Source: Octopus vulgaris
Taxonomy: Eukaryota
Reading direction: 5' to 3'
Assembly: GCA_951406725.2 (NCBI GenBank)
Contig: OX597814.1
Span: 144,956,001-145,020,000 of the forward strand
Length of the DNA stretch: 64,000 bases
The first letter of the stretch is position 1; each line of letters opens with the position of its first letter. The translations under genes were made by a program, and so were the position numbers. The notes beneath the pieces were generated by a model that did not search any database, was not told the DNA's origin, and worked only from the letters and a program-made list of their open reading frames with translations. Positions 39,045 to 54,684 of the stretch are shown piece after piece.

Positions 39045-39815
39045 ACTTATTGCAGCTGCCCTCAGCTTATACTACGGGCTCAAGACGGCTTCTGAACCTT
39101 GACCATGCATTCCTCACTGTGTTCTTGGGAAGGTGTTTCAACATCTTGATCTTGGCCACAAGTTTGGCCTTCGTGTTGCAGGTAGAGCGGTTGGTGCCTT
39201 TCTCAACCCTTCCTCCCCACATATAGTAATCCTTGGGATTACGATCGGGAAAAATTAGGAGGCCAGAATTTTGGGCTGGTAAAGTCGTAGAAATTCTCCG
39301 ACAACCACTTCAGAGTGTTCCTGGAAGCATGGAAAGGAGACGAATTCTGCTGCTACACATATAACTTTTCCAACCAGAATTTAATTATTATACTCTCCAG
39401 TGCCTTCACATAGCCGTCTGAAGTGAGCCTAAGGCCCTGTTACAAGATGTGGGGAATGAATTTCGGCGTACGGACGCAGTCAGAATGTTTGTAGTGTCCC
39501 TTGACGCTAGCTACGGCTTCGTAATCTCCCTTAAGCTGTACATGCCACATTTTACACCCTTTACAGTGTTCCCAAAGCAGTGAACAACAGTCATGACATC
39601 GGCATTTTGACACCCGCCAGGAATCATCATGATACAAGCAACTCTTTTCGAATATTCAGAGTTTCCATTCCTCAATGTCTTCTAACTTTTTCTCAACTAC
39701 AACTTTAATCTTTATGTTTTTCAACGCCGTTCGCTGCTCACTAATACACCAAGCTGTTCCCGAAAAAAGGAGATAATAAAAAATAAATCGTCACATTTAG
39801 CTGGAATATACTGTA
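39045..39815 (-). mobile_element. maT-like (DD37D) Tc1/mariner transposon remnant
   Basis: QQNSSPFHASRNTLKWLSENFYDFTSPKFWPPNFPDRNPKDYYMWG gives 37 residues between the catalytic positions. The C-terminus reads FRSRLEPVV*AEG. Confidence 0.8.
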
Positions 39816-40754
39816 TTATTGATACGTGCAGTGAGTAGTTAATGCATGTGGATGTTATTAAAAGAAAGTAGGTTTAATGAACAGGCAAGCAGTTCAGGTT
39901 TAATGAGAGGGATTTAAGTTAAGTGCGGTTTGTACATGAATACAGGAATGGTATATCGTCTGCGTTGGTTTCGGTTTTCGAAGTTACAGCATAAAAATCG
40001 TTCATATACAGAAGAATGAAGATAAAAAGATATTAGTTAAACTTGGGTACTCAAGACTTGGCGAGATACTGTCAACTGTCAAGTATCCACTCCATATAGA
40101 TTTCTTAAGCGCTTTGGCAATATATTGTAAAGTTGTGAGCCATTTGCCTCAACGCTGTTGTTTCATCTCGTCCTGATATTTGATGTGATGGTGGGAACTT
40201 CAGTGCTAAGCTATGGCAACAATATTGATAATTGGATATATCGAAAGTTGTTTCACTCTCCTCAAGAAACCTATCTTGCCTTTGCTCCGGACAGTAGAGT
40301 CTTAATGCTTTTAATCTCCCTCACTTGTTTTCCTGAGACTATTTTCTTCCTGAAGCAAATAACGAACGGTTTAGACTATCAACCGTGGGTGTGATGGCAG
40401 GAACTACAAACCTCTTGTGGGCAATATGCTTGTTATAAGTTGAGAACTCCAATAAACATATTCTCTTTCCTCTTCTTGGATATTAATCCCAGGTTATTTC
40501 CTTATTTATGTTGTCCATGTTACTTACAATTGTTACACAAATTGTAGTATGTATGTATGTATGTATGTATGTATGTATGTATGTATGTATGTATGTATGT
40601 ATGTATGTATGTATGTATGTGTGTGTGTGTATGTATGTATGTATGTATGTATGTATGTATGTATCGATGGATGGACGTAAGCACATTTAGAGATGCATTA
40701 AGTACCAGGTTTTAAAAAAATAAGTGCTAAGGTGTATGAATGTATGTCATGGTT

Positions 40755-41765
40755 TCTCCACCAGAAATAATCACACATGGACAAATCAGGGGACCGAAGT
40801 GGCCAAGGAATATTACCAAACCTGGAAATGAGGCGGTCACCAAAGAGATGACGAAGTACATCCATTGATGCTCTGGCTGTGTGGGGCGTCGCCCCATCCT
40901 GTTGAAACCACACACATCGAATAGGTACACGTTTTCGTCGTAATTTAGGCACAAAGAAGTTGTTTATCATCGCGAGGTGACGCTCGGAGTTCACAGTAAC
41001 ATCATTCCCATTGTCTTAAAAAAAAGTAAGGACCAATAATGGCAGCTTTTCCAGCAGCACGCCAGACCGTCACTTTTGGGCCGTCATAGTGGTCTTTCTT
41101 GGATTTTAAAGAGCCCAATAACGACATGCTATTGAAATGAAAATGAGCCTCATCTCTCATTAACAAAATGAGGTTGTCATTTACCTAAAAAATTGCTTTC
41201 ATCAGACGAACGAAGTTAAGCCGCCGTGCATAGTCCTATGGCTTCAATTATTGCTCCATGACAAATTTGTACGGGTGGAAATGCAGGTCTTCATACAAAA
41301 TACGCCTTACCGATTGTTTACCGATGCCAAGTTCAGTGAAATACCTCTGATCAAAGCGATTCGCACTCCATATCAAAGCTTTTCTGATGCGTTCCACATT
41401 TTCTGGGGTCCGTACCATCCGTGGCACCCCCACCAGTCTCCTATTCATTAGTGTACCTCGTGTACAAAGTGCATTTACCCAAGGTAATATTGTGTTACGG
41501 GTGGGAACAGCCTGATTTCGGTGAATGTTGAAATGGCGTGGAAACTCAAGCTAAACTGCTGTGACAGACTTGTTATTCTTCACGTAACTGCCGTAGGCAC
41601 ACACGCGATGCTATATAATACAGAGCACCATGGCTTTACCTGAAAAGAAAAGAAAAGAAAATTTAAGATACCACGGACCGAATGGTACCTGTCGGACATA
41701 TGTCCCTCCCATTGGAGCTGAGCAATAGCCATTTCAAAAACGTCCGTCCTCTCTGCCTCACCCTG
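40755..41765 (-). mobile_element. rosa/Visitor-like (DD41D) transposon, 3'-truncated
   Basis: WFQQDGATPH...WPLRSPDLSMCDY gives 41-residue spacing; VRTPENVERIR and DLHFHPYK also present. One terminus is TA|cagggtgaggcagagagg at 41765. Confidence 0.88.
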
Positions 41766-41774
41766 TACTTACAT

Positions 41775-42070
41775 ATCTAGACATGCACATATATACTTAA
41801 ATGATAAACGTCTGGAAAGCATTACAGGTTTTTACAATTCCAGTGATGGATTGGACTAGCAGTCTTCGAACCAGCTTTTGAGAAGCATAATTTCTCAAGA
41901 TTGGTATTTAGGCAGTGCGTTACACATCCCAGTACACTGATGATTACAAGTATAAACCTGAACTTGTAATCTAGATATAGTAACTGCAGATTTCTCAATA
42001 GCTCAGCACAGGTATTCTCTTTTTCACTGATTTTTAACTTTATGTTATCATCCAATGGGCAGCTGATTTC

Positions 42071-42072
<2 letters not shown>
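41775..42072 (-). mobile_element. 3' fragment of an R4/Dong-like RLE retrotransposon
   Basis: EISCPLDDNIKLKISEKENTCAELLRNLQLLY.DYKFRFI.VIISVLG; abuts (TATG)n. Confidence 0.75.
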
Positions 42073-42102
<30 letters not shown>

Positions 42103-42199
42103 TGTATGTATGTATGTATGTATGTATGTATGTATGTATGTATGTGTGTATGTATGTGTGCGTGTGTCTTTTAAATTTACACTAAATTTTGACCGGGCC

Positions 42200-42590
42200 C
42201 CTGAATTGTAGTAAGGTTGTGAAAGAAAACATCTGTTTTTGTTTTAATCACCATCCTTTAAATCTTGAGAAGGTCGTGCAGAGTTTTGTAGTACCTGATA
42301 ATGTAGTTATTTGTAGAGTATGAATTAAAATTTTTTATTCTGTCACGAGGATACCAAGTTCAACCATACTTTGCTTCAAACGAATTGGTATGTATACTGC
42401 TGCTCCAATGATAATAGATACGGAGCTGAAAGTGTATCTTCGGTACTGGATTTGCAAACTCCTTATAACTGGTTGTCTGTCTCTTGTAATTTTCGACCCA
42501 CATTCGTGTCCAGAGGGCAGCTGATTTCCACAACAAAACATATCTTTTCCTTGTAATCTCATGCAACAATATCTGGTTGTGTTTTAACTT
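42200..42590 (-). mobile_element. Second R4/Dong-like RLE fragment
   Basis: QPDIVA*DYKEKICFVVEISCPLDTNV...YTFSSVSIIIGA. Confidence 0.7.
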
Positions 42591-42599
42591 GGTTAATTT

Positions 42600-42918
42600 T
42601 TAAGTTCCACCAAATTTTTTGACCCATCGCTCTCAATAGAGTCAACTTCGCCTGTAGGTGTTTTCTTTTTTGTTATGCATGTATCTCTTCTTGTTTTAAT
42701 TCCAATAAGAAAGAAGCTGCTTTCTAACAAAGATAGATAGCTCCAAAAAAAAAAAAAGAAAAAAGAAAAATTGAACATGAGAAAATTCTTGCATATTTTT
42801 ACTGTTTCACTTACAGAATTTATTTGCAATTTGCGTGTTAGCTATTTGATTTCGGTTTCTGAAAACTCAAATTTTCCTGATTATCACGTAGACATTTACT
42901 CACAAAAGCATAAGGCAT
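42600..42918 (-). mobile_element. Third R4/Dong-like 3' fragment
   Basis: FVSKCLRDN...LQINSVSETVKICKNFLMF; homologous to 54685-54855; abuts (TATG)n. Confidence 0.65.
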
Positions 42919-43272
42919 ATGTATGTATGTACGCATGTATGATTTATGTATATATGTACGTACGTACGTATGAATGTATGTATGTATGTATGTATGTATG
43001 TATGTATGTATGTATGTATGTATGTATGTATGTATGGATGGATGGATGGATGGATCGATGGATCGATGGATGGATGTAAGCACATTTAGAGATGCATTAA
43101 GTACCAAGTTTAAAAAAATAAGTGCTGAGGTCGATTCGTTCGAGTAAAATTATATAAGGGGGTGCTCCAGCATGGCCGCAACCTAATGACTGAAACAAGT
43201 AAAAATATAAAGGATAAAAGATATATATATATATAAATAATAATAATAATAGATATATATGTTTATATATAT

Positions 43273-43329
<57 letters not shown>

Positions 43330-43819
43330 TGAAAGACAATTATATGAATTATATTTCATATATACAGAGCTGGAAATGTAAAAATGTCCAAGGACAGATG
43401 AATAGATAGAACAACTGTAATTAAGAGCTGTATAAATAATGCACAAAAATTGCACAATCTCATTAAATCTGTCAAAATTGCGTGAGTCACCTATTTTAAG
43501 CTAAGATATCTTGCTTGTCTATAAATGTAAATATATATGTTACATTTCATTACGTTTCTTAGAATTGAGCTTCGACTATTAATGGTGTTGTTGTTTCTGT
43601 TGTTGTTGCCATTAATTTTCTTACAATTGATTGGTTTATGGAAAGAGAAAACATTAATTGTCGTCGTCAGAGAACACGACTGTAGGGGATATGTTGTAGC
43701 TTGAAAGTTTTCTCACCATATTACTGATTAATTATCCAGAAACGAAATTAAATATTCATTTATCATTTCCGATGTTCACGGCAGAGTTATGACAACAGTG
43801 ACAAAATGAATGATAACTA

Positions 43820-43898
<79 letters not shown>

Positions 43899-44666
43899 GT
43901 GCGTGCATGTATGTATGTATGTATGTATGTATGTATGTATGTATGTATGTATGTATGTATGTGTATATGTATTTTGAGTGTATATATATATATATAATAT
44001 ATAAGTATATTATATATATTTATGTTTATATATGTATGTATATATATATATATATATGTTTATATATACATATATATATATGTTTATATAAATATGTTCA
44101 TATATATACATATATCTATATATGTTTATATATATATGTATTCATACACACACACACACATGTATATATGCATGACTATATATGTGAGTCAGTGTGTGGG
44201 AAGCACACACATACGCACACAACACCATATCATTATCTGTGAAATATACAGTATGTACACCGATTAAAGTATGTATACCGTTGAATGTAATGATGATGTG
44301 GTTTTATCTGAGAAAACATCTCTCCTTAGATATATTGCGTTAAAAGCGAGGCCAGCTTTCCTCAATACCATTGAATATATTATTCACCGTTTCGTACTTA
44401 TCGAAGCGTGAACGTTGTCCGAGCAAGTGATAAATGGTTACAAGATATTGACGAGTCCCTCGAAGAACGAAGTACATCTGTCACTCTCGCGAAACACTGT
44501 TGCGAAGATGTTCGTCTCGCTCTGTTATATTTTGTGATTCTAACATATGTGTCTGAAAAGATTTGCTCGCAGAGAAAACCAAAGCCTCATGCATTTCCAC
44601 TAATGTATATACATTTAATATGATCCATATAAGTCAGTTATAATTTACTTCTCTTTCCCTTGATTT

Positions 44667-44724
<58 letters not shown>

Positions 44725-44835
44725 TATATATATATGTATGTATATAGACTGTTGGGATACACAAGAATGAGCAAAGCATTTAAAGCGTTTAGTGGAACTC
44801 CATAGACTTATTAACAAGTTGAATCAGCCGAGCAT

Positions 44836-44931
44836 TGCTTGACGTTTCGTGCATACAAAGACACGCCTCGCTCATTAGATATCAACAGTCAGCGTCCGGC
44901 TCTGGGCATCTGATGAGCAAGGCGTGTCTTT
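44836..44931. ncRNA. Inverted pair of hammerhead remnants
   Basis: Minus strand: at CTAATGA gcg...cac GAAACGTC aagc. Plus strand: gcat CTGATGA gcaaggcgtgtcttt (truncated). 24-bp inverted repeat. Confidence 0.55.
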
Positions 44932-45041
44932 ACGCCTACCGACCTTCAAATAATGGGGACCTGACTCAACCTGTTTATACGCAAACACCCACACAAACGA
45001 GCATACACACACATACAACACACACATGTATACATACATAC

Positions 45042-45081
<40 letters not shown>

Positions 45082-45083
45082 TT

Positions 45084-45121
<38 letters not shown>

Positions 45122-45159
45122 GCACAAACACACATATTTATCTCAATATATAGATATAT

Positions 45160-47212
<2,053 letters not shown>

Positions 47213-47215
<3 letters not shown>

Positions 47216-47495
47216 GGCGCAATGGCCCAGTGGTTAGGGTAGCGGCCTCGCGGTTTCGATTCCCAGACCGGGCGTTGTGTATGTTTAGCGAAAACAAAAA
47301 AAGCTTCACGAAGCTCCGGCAGGGGTGGTGGCGACCCCTGTTGTACTCCTTCGCTACAACTTTCACTCTCTCTTCCTGTTTCTTGAGTAACGCTCATGGA
47401 CTGGCTTTCCGTTTCCAGCTGGGGGAAAAGCATTTTCGTCCTCACAGAAACTCGGGAAATTCTTCCGTTAGGCCCATGAGCGCTGGCTTGAAGTT
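47213..47495 (+). mobile_element. tRNA-derived SINE family B
   Basis: gaggcgcaatggcccagtggttagg A box and ggtttcgattccc B box; body shared with 59722-60002. Confidence 0.8.
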
Positions 47496-48480
47496 TTCGC
47501 TTAAATACAGGGCGACGTTTATCGTTTCTGGATCAGTGATATGTTAAAAGATCTTGCAAAAATTACTTGATACCATTACAATAATTGGAAAAAAGATTTT
47601 CAAAACTTTAAAATAGTTAACTATCTAGAAAAAAACTACTTTTACCCAATACACGCTGATTAACCTTTGTGGAAGAAGTTCCTATACATTGTGTATTTTA
47701 CGTCTAGTGCATATTTTTGTGTAAGCGCTTTCCTTTTCCAACTTTTCAGACACACGGGCTAATGCATAAAGGGGAAGTTGATTCTGGTAATGGTGTTAAA
47801 TATTTCCAGTTCAGCTTCAAAGAATTTAAGAGAGATTCTCAAAAGAATTTATTCTTGAAGTATTACGGTTACAACTGGAAACAACTTCTTTGACAATCAA
47901 TATCATTTACAAATGCAAGGCACAACAATGTGGACGAAAGTCGCACTAAAATTTCGTGAGACTAGTAAAGGGATACCTGGAAAAAAATCTATACCCTGTC
48001 CAAAACTACTTTTGATTATCATTTCCAAACCTATTGAGAACTGGAAAATAGTTTTGTCTGATTGCTTCATATTTTGGAACAAGAGTCAGGAGAACTTTAC
48101 ATTAAATTAATAAACGGAATTCCCGAATCTATCTAATTCACTTGGAGATGAATTATTTGGACATTCTGATGATTAAAGAAAATGAGACGGTTTCGACCGA
48201 TCTCTCCTGCAATGACGCACACCAATATTTATATTTCAGATCTTACCATCCTTCCCCAAAAAGAACATACCATTTAACATGACAACACATATATGTTCAG
48301 TGGTTACAGATACCAATAGATGCCTCTAGAGGATGTCTCTAAATTTCCAAACGGAAATGAAGAACAGCCCTACTTGACAAGGGGAGATAATATCATGAAT
48401 TAATGAATTACCATTAAGGAAAAGTACAGGCTCGTTGAATTAGCATCGAGGTATTTCACAAGAGCATGTACCATCAACGT
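47495..48480 (+). mobile_element. Penelope-like element reverse transcriptase remnant
   Basis: ILEVLRLQLE..QMQGTTMWTKVA..GYLEKNLY..NWKIVLSDCFIFW corresponds to PLE RT QxxGTAMGxxxAP..MGYLE..WxRYIDD. Confidence 0.75.
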
Positions 48481-49076
48481 ATACTTCGGGTGGACTAGTG
48501 AGACTGTGTGACTAGCCTGGGCTTTTAAATTACATGTAAATTCCATTCAACAGGCTTCCGTACGATTGACGTCTGTTAAGCTTTGCTCATAAGATACAAG
48601 TCGACGTGAGACTAGAGAAAAGGACACTTGCCCAAATCGTCACGTAGCGGAATACAGAACTAAATTATTGGCTCATAGTGTGCCTACACAAACACACAGA
48701 CAGACACACGCATGCAAACAGATACACTGATGCACATATATGCACACACACACACACACACACGCGGGCGACCACACACACATGTGTATATGTATATATA
48801 CATGTATGCATCCAAACCTATATATATATATACAAACCGAAAATTTGACATACTTTTAATTTAAAATATATCAAATTTTCCGGTGCTTGTTTAAATATAC
48901 ACTTACTCTGCATATATTATAATATAATCATATATTATGGTTCACCAAGATTTTCGACTAATATGTATGACTTTCTCATTTAAAATCCACTCGCAAGACT
49001 TTGGTTGGCCCGAGCTTGTGGTAGAAGACACTTGCTTAAGACAGATGCCACGCAGTGCGACTGAACCCGGAATTTG

Positions 49077-49384
49077 TTTGCAAGCACCAGAATTGTTTCT
49101 ACGCAACATAGTTCTCCAGGCTTGCAGGTATTTGGTTATGTAACCGTATCTCTATAATATAAATATATATTGCCTGGAGTTAGTAGCCACTACTACTAAC
49201 TGCTGACCACAACAGACAGATAGTATGCTCTTGAAGCCGAGAATTTGAAATTACAGATACAATATTTATATATCACCTGAGGAAACACAACTAGATCACA
49301 TAATGCAGGGAAACGATTACATAACCAAATACCTGCAAGCCTGGAGAACTACATTGCGTAGAAACGACTTTAGTGATTGCAAAT
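49077..49384. repeat. Inverted repeat (~70-bp arms)
   Basis: gtttctacgcaacatagttctccaggcttgcaggtatttggttatgtaa versus ttacataaccaaatacctgcaagcctggagaactacattgcgtagaaac. Confidence 0.85.
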
Positions 49385-49563
49385 AAATGTCCAACCGTAC
49401 TCCTTGATGAATCCAACTTATTCATTTATCTGTCCACACACTACAGAAACGCAAACGCAAATCTGGAAGCGTGTACAATACTGCTATAGGATAGCTCAGG
49501 GTGAAATATGAAGGGGAACGAACTTTATACTGTACTCTACTATGTTCTTAGCAGAATAGAGCA

Positions 49564-49601
<38 letters not shown>

Positions 49602-49720
49602 GTGCAAATATATATAATATATTTACAGATACGCATATTTGTCTGTTAATTACATTCGTAATTGTTAAAATATTAAAATATAGAAATTGGGATTGAATTA
49701 TAATAAAGTTATTTAGAGGT

Positions 49721-49807
49721 CTGACGATTGGGGTTGCGTTTAAGAAATGTTCCCGTAGAAGACTGCGTGCTTAAGGAACAGTAAAAGAACCCCGAGAAAC
49801 ACGTGTA
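49721..49807 (+). ncRNA. Hammerhead core with disrupted stem I
   Basis: CTGACGA ttggggtt...aaccccga GAAA CACGTG TA; 8-bp stem II and palindromic stem III. Confidence 0.6.
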
Positions 49808-49969
49808 GTAGAGAAATTTAGAAATAATTAGTATTAAAATAAAATCCTTTTATATGGTGTGATGATGGGGACTGCTATCTCTAAATAACACACACACACA
49901 CACACACGCACACACACATATATATATATATAATCAAATGAATAATAACATACGAGGGATAATTGTCAG

Positions 49970-50054
49970 CTCATTACAACTGTTTCTTAGCTAACTTTTT
50001 AATAGAAGTATGAGAACATTACTCCATTACAAAAGACCGTAATCGTCAGGTAAG
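49970..50054 (-). ncRNA. Degenerate hammerhead
   Basis: cttac CTGACGA tta...taa GAAA CAGTTG TA atgag. Confidence 0.55.
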
Positions 50055-50406
50055 AAGTAAATTTTACAAACAAGAAATATCCCAAGGATACATCATAGAT
50101 TTGGCTGGAGTCTGTCGAGGCCAACTATGAAATGGGAGGATGAACAATTATGTTGGACGACACCCTAGACAGCATACCAACAACGTTCTATTCATAGTAA
50201 CGCGTGATTTGGACCAGCACCTTAGGCAATAAATACTCATAGGGTCGGCTTTCTCTGTGTACGCTACCGAAATATCCTATCTGATATGTTGATACTCACC
50301 AACCATTGGCCGTAACCACAGAGATTACAACCGTACCTGGTGCATACTTTTTCAAGTACCTGGTTCTATCTGAACCCTTATATAGTGAAATTATATATAT
50401 ATATAT

Positions 50407-50642
50407 AGAGGATAGCCCAAAAGTATGTTTACAGTTATTCCACTATCTCTTTCTTCGCATTCATCTATTAACAGTCTAGATGTTAATTCTAAAAAAGTAT
50501 GAAAGTATTCCATGCTAATTTAGTTAATTTTATCAAGCTCTCTTTTCATTTTGTAGGATATAAATTTAAGTGTAATAACATGTTTTAAAAGAAATTTAAA
50601 GTACCTACGTAATAACTGTAAGCCTACGTTTGGGTCACCCTG
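50407..50642. mobile_element. Tc1/mariner-type MITE
   Basis: Imperfect TIRs gaggatagcccaaaagtatgtttacagttatt / aataactgtaagcctacgtttgggtcaccctg. Confidence 0.65.
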
Positions 50643-50671
50643 AATAGTATTCATAAACAACAATTTTACTG

Positions 50672-50716
50672 ACTGTGACTTCGAAGTTTCGGCCAATTAC
50701 GCTATCGTCAGACTGT
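50672..50716 (-). ncRNA. Minimal hammerhead at the 3' side of a probable Penelope-like remnant (~50720-52330, minus)
   Basis: acagt CTGACGA tagc gtaattg gcc GAAAC ttcgaa GTC acagt; stem III ACTTCGAAGT is palindromic. Confidence 0.7.
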
Positions 50717-50945
50717 GATGCATTGAAGGTAATCTGGTGAGTTAAAATATTCTTTGGAGACATGAATTTTAGTCGAGTGGTAATTTGGGTTTTAGGTAGG
50801 TTGCTATGGAGAAGTGTTTTGGAGAAATTTTATTGATCAAATTTGGGGTTATGATATTGTTTAGAATTTATCCATGTATGTAAAGTTTTGTTAGCAGGTG
50901 TGAATATTTGTGGGTGTTCCTTCTGGTTGGTAGGTACAGGATAAT

Positions 50946-51760
50946 ACCTATTTCTTTACTACCCACAAGGGGCTAAACGCAGAGAGGACAAACAAGGACA
51001 GACAAACGGATTAAGTCGATTATATTGACCCCAGTGCGTAACTGGTACTTAATTTATCGACCCCGAAAGGATGAAAGGCAAAATCGACCTCGGCGGAATT
51101 TGAACCCAGAACGTAACAGCACACGAAATACCGCTAAGCATTTCGCCCGGCGTGCTAACGATTCTGCCAGCTCGCCGGCTTTAAAGGATGAAAAGCAAAG
51201 TTGACCTCGGCGGAATTTGAACTTAGAACGTAAAGACGGACGAATTATTACTAGGCATTTCGCCCGGCATGCTAAAGATTCTATTTCTCTACTACCCACA
51301 AGGGGCTAAACACAGAGAGGACAAACAAGGACAGACAAACGGATTAAGTCGATTATATCGATTAAGGCGGCGAGCTGGCAGAAACGCTAGCACGCTGGGC
51401 GAAATGCGTAGCCGTATTTCGTCTGCCGCTACGTTTTGAGTTCAAATTCCGCCGAGGTCGACTTTGCCTTTCATCCTTTCGGGGTCGATAAATCAAGTAC
51501 CAGTTACACACTGGGGTCGATTTAATCGACTTAATTCGTTTGTCTCTCCTTGTTTGTCCCCTCTGTGTGTAGCCCCTTGTGGGTAAAAAAGAAACATATA
51601 TCGATCCCAGTGCGTAACTGGTACTTATTTAATCGATCCCGAAAGGATGAAAGGCAAAGTCGACCTCGGCGGAATTTGAACTCAGAACGTAACGTTAGAC
51701 GAAATACGGCTACGCATTTCGCCCGGCGTGCTAACGTTTCTGCCAGCTCACCGCCTTAAG
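50946..51760. mobile_element. Nested array of four SINE family A units
   Basis: Minus copies at 50950-51178, 51184-51282 (partial) and 51283-51362 plus 51606-51757. A plus copy at 51363-51596 has TSD tatatcgat. The block is flanked by taggta(c/t)aggataat at 50931 and 51762. Confidence 0.9.
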
Positions 51761-52826
51761 ATAGGTATAGGATAATTTCAGTAGTTTTAGTTATTTTTGG
51801 TTTTATTGAATTTAATATTTTTTATTGACAATGGTCAAAGGTTCAAAGTCTAGTCCACTATTTACAATCTTAATTATTGCGTGTGTCTACATTTTGAAAT
51901 GGAATTTGTTCAGGGATTCACGAAAGAATGTAAATATGTGGTATGTTTTAGCTGGTTAATTTCATTACGTGTTATTGCTGTTATTTAGGGTATTTCATGT
52001 CTTTTATTCAGAAGACAGGGTTATTAGTGGGGCATGTAATGGTGTTAACATAGTAAATTGTTTATCGTGTGCGATGATGTACACAAGAGGGTAGGATAGG
52101 TATAAAGGTTGTTAGTCTGTATCTTTCTCTCTAGTCGTTCATTGTTCTATAAACAATTTGATTATTATGTAAACATTTTAACCCTTGTACTTTTCAGAGG
52201 TAGTGTTTGTGGGTTCTGTGTTTATAAACATTTCTTCAATGCTGTTTAAAGCGTAGGTATTTTAAAATATAGTATTTTTAGGCTTCTGGATATATGCAAA
52301 AGTTGGGCATTATAAAAGTCGCGTATATACTCATGTATAAAAATGGGAATAAAAATACACACACGCATGCACCCATGCACACATTTACACACTTACATAC
52401 ACACATGCACAAACACTGACACATACATATTGTTTGTGTTAGTTTGGTAGTTTAATATTTGCAGATATAAAACTGTTCAACATACGTGGTACGCTGCGTC
52501 GAGTCAGCAGTGACACGGGACCAACAGCATTAGATCATATTTAAGCGACTTTCGATTACAAATTCAAGTTGTACTATTGTTAGCTCCACTTCTAATTCAT
52601 ACATAATCAATAAGTACCAGTAATACATATTGGGTTAAGATTTAATCGATAACACATCCCACAAAATATAATTGACTTTGTGCCAAGTCAAAAGAAATCA
52701 AATTTGTCTTTTTTCATGATTTTTTGTAGTCTTTTTTTTGACGTTTGTTGCATTCATATCTTCAATAGAAATTTTTCAGCCGACGCTTTGCTTTTCATCT
52801 ATTGTGCACGCGTGCATACACACACG

Positions 52827-52898
<72 letters not shown>

Positions 52899-53454
52899 CA
52901 TGTGTATGTGTGTATTTATATGTATGTACATTTACATGTTTGTGTATATATATATGTATATGTATATATATATATGTGTGTGTATATACACACACACACA
53001 TACATATGCATTTGTATACATCACTGTACAATATTTGTTTATTGATATAGGCTTATGTAAATGTACTTGTTTGTGTGTTGGAGGGTGCATGTGTGTGTGT
53101 ATATTTGTGTGTTTGTGTTTGTGTGTATTTCAGTCTGTATATGTGTGCATATATGAGATCAGAAATTGAATAGAAACAGCAAAAACTAGAACGACCACCA
53201 CCCGCAATCACTGGAGCACATCACAACTGATTTAATGATAAATTCAATAGAAATAATATAGATTTCTACATTTACACACACACACTAATATATACACGCA
53301 TATACATGCATCTGCACACATAGCGAACACATATATGCGTACATACATACACAGACATTCGCACCCACATATACATATATATATATATGCATATACATAT
53401 ACACATATATTAGGCAGATTTGTGGTTGTCAATGTTGTTATAGCTTGTTATTGA

Positions 53455-53792
53455 TAGCGATGGTGATGATGACGGCGACGATGACGACGTAGCTGCTGCT
53501 GCTGCTGCGGCTGCTGCTGCTGCTGCTGCGGCTGCTGCTGCTATATTACCTCTCCTGTTCCTGCTGATAATAACGATGAATGATGATGCCGTTGCCACTG
53601 CCTCTGCTGCCACTGATGACAATGACAACGTCGATGATGATGATGTTGCTGATGATGGTGATGCTGATGCTGATGATGACGATGATAGTGAAGGCTGAGA
53701 TATTGGCCATGATGTTGCTGTTGATCATCATGACGATGACGACGACGACGACGATGATAGCGCGGCCACTGCTGCTGCTGCTGTTGTTGTTA
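53455..53792. repeat. (GCT)n/(GAT)n/(GAC)n low-complexity tract
   Basis: Read directly from the sequence. Confidence 0.9.
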
Positions 53793-54247
53793 TAAACATT
53801 TTTATTGAATAGCTATACGATAAATATTGAATTGTGATAGCTTTTTGAGATAATGCAGAGTTTTATATTTATAGATTAATGTAGTTTCTTGGTATGTAGT
53901 TCTCAATATTGTAATGGACGTTAGGTAGAAGAGTAGTACAGCATTATAGAGTATCTCTAATGATTTCACTATTTGTCTGTTTCAAGTGTTTGTCTACTTG
54001 TCTGTCTGCCTATCTTGCGCATGCGTGTGTAACGAGACCAGTCATTGTCATTAGATTTAGATACCTTATTGTACTGAATATTTTCACCTTAATTTTTTGT
54101 TCTGCTAGTTTCTCTTAAATGGAAGAATACAATACATACAATACATACACTTACATACATACATACATAAATACATACATACATACATACATACATACAT
54201 ACATACATACATACATACATACATACATACATACATACACACACACA

Positions 54248-54511
54248 CATGATGGCTGCCCCCTCGTTATCGAGTATGGCCATTGCACGAAGCTTATCTG
54301 TTATTGGTGCTGTGATCGAATGTGACTTTTTAGCCCAGCTAAAGATCTACAATGTCTTGTACAGAATTGGCAGCTAAAGCCTTTACCGGTAATAGCCGGC
54401 AGTAATTGTAACTGGGCTTCATGTACCTTTGCATGTCGTTTAAGTCCTCCTGCCGAATTACATTCTCCTCCACATGCCTGACAGATATGATTAGTATGGT
54501 GTGTAACACCA
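54248..54511 (-). mobile_element. 3' end of an RTE-clade LINE with two C2H2 zinc fingers
   Basis: CQACGGECNSAGGLKRHAKVH and CQFCTRHCRSLAGLKSHIRSQH*, then a short 3'UTR ggccatactcgataacgagggggcagccat; embedded in (CATA)n. Confidence 0.7.
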
Positions 54512-54545
54512 CATACATACATACATACATACATACATACATACA

Positions 54546-54578
<33 letters not shown>

Positions 54579-54684
54579 GCATGCATGCATGCATACATAC
54601 ATACATACATACATACATACATACATACATACATACATACATACATACATGCATACATATATACATATATATACATACACCAGT

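Noticed and set aside
44450-44485. TTGACGA gtcc..gaac GAAG hammerhead-like string (similar weak ones near 9710-9750, 25510-25545 and 36811)
   Set aside because: Too many core mismatches or no stem I to call.
51363-51455. tRNA-like A and B boxes
   Set aside because: They are SINE heads continuing into a repeated body and tail, not tRNA genes.
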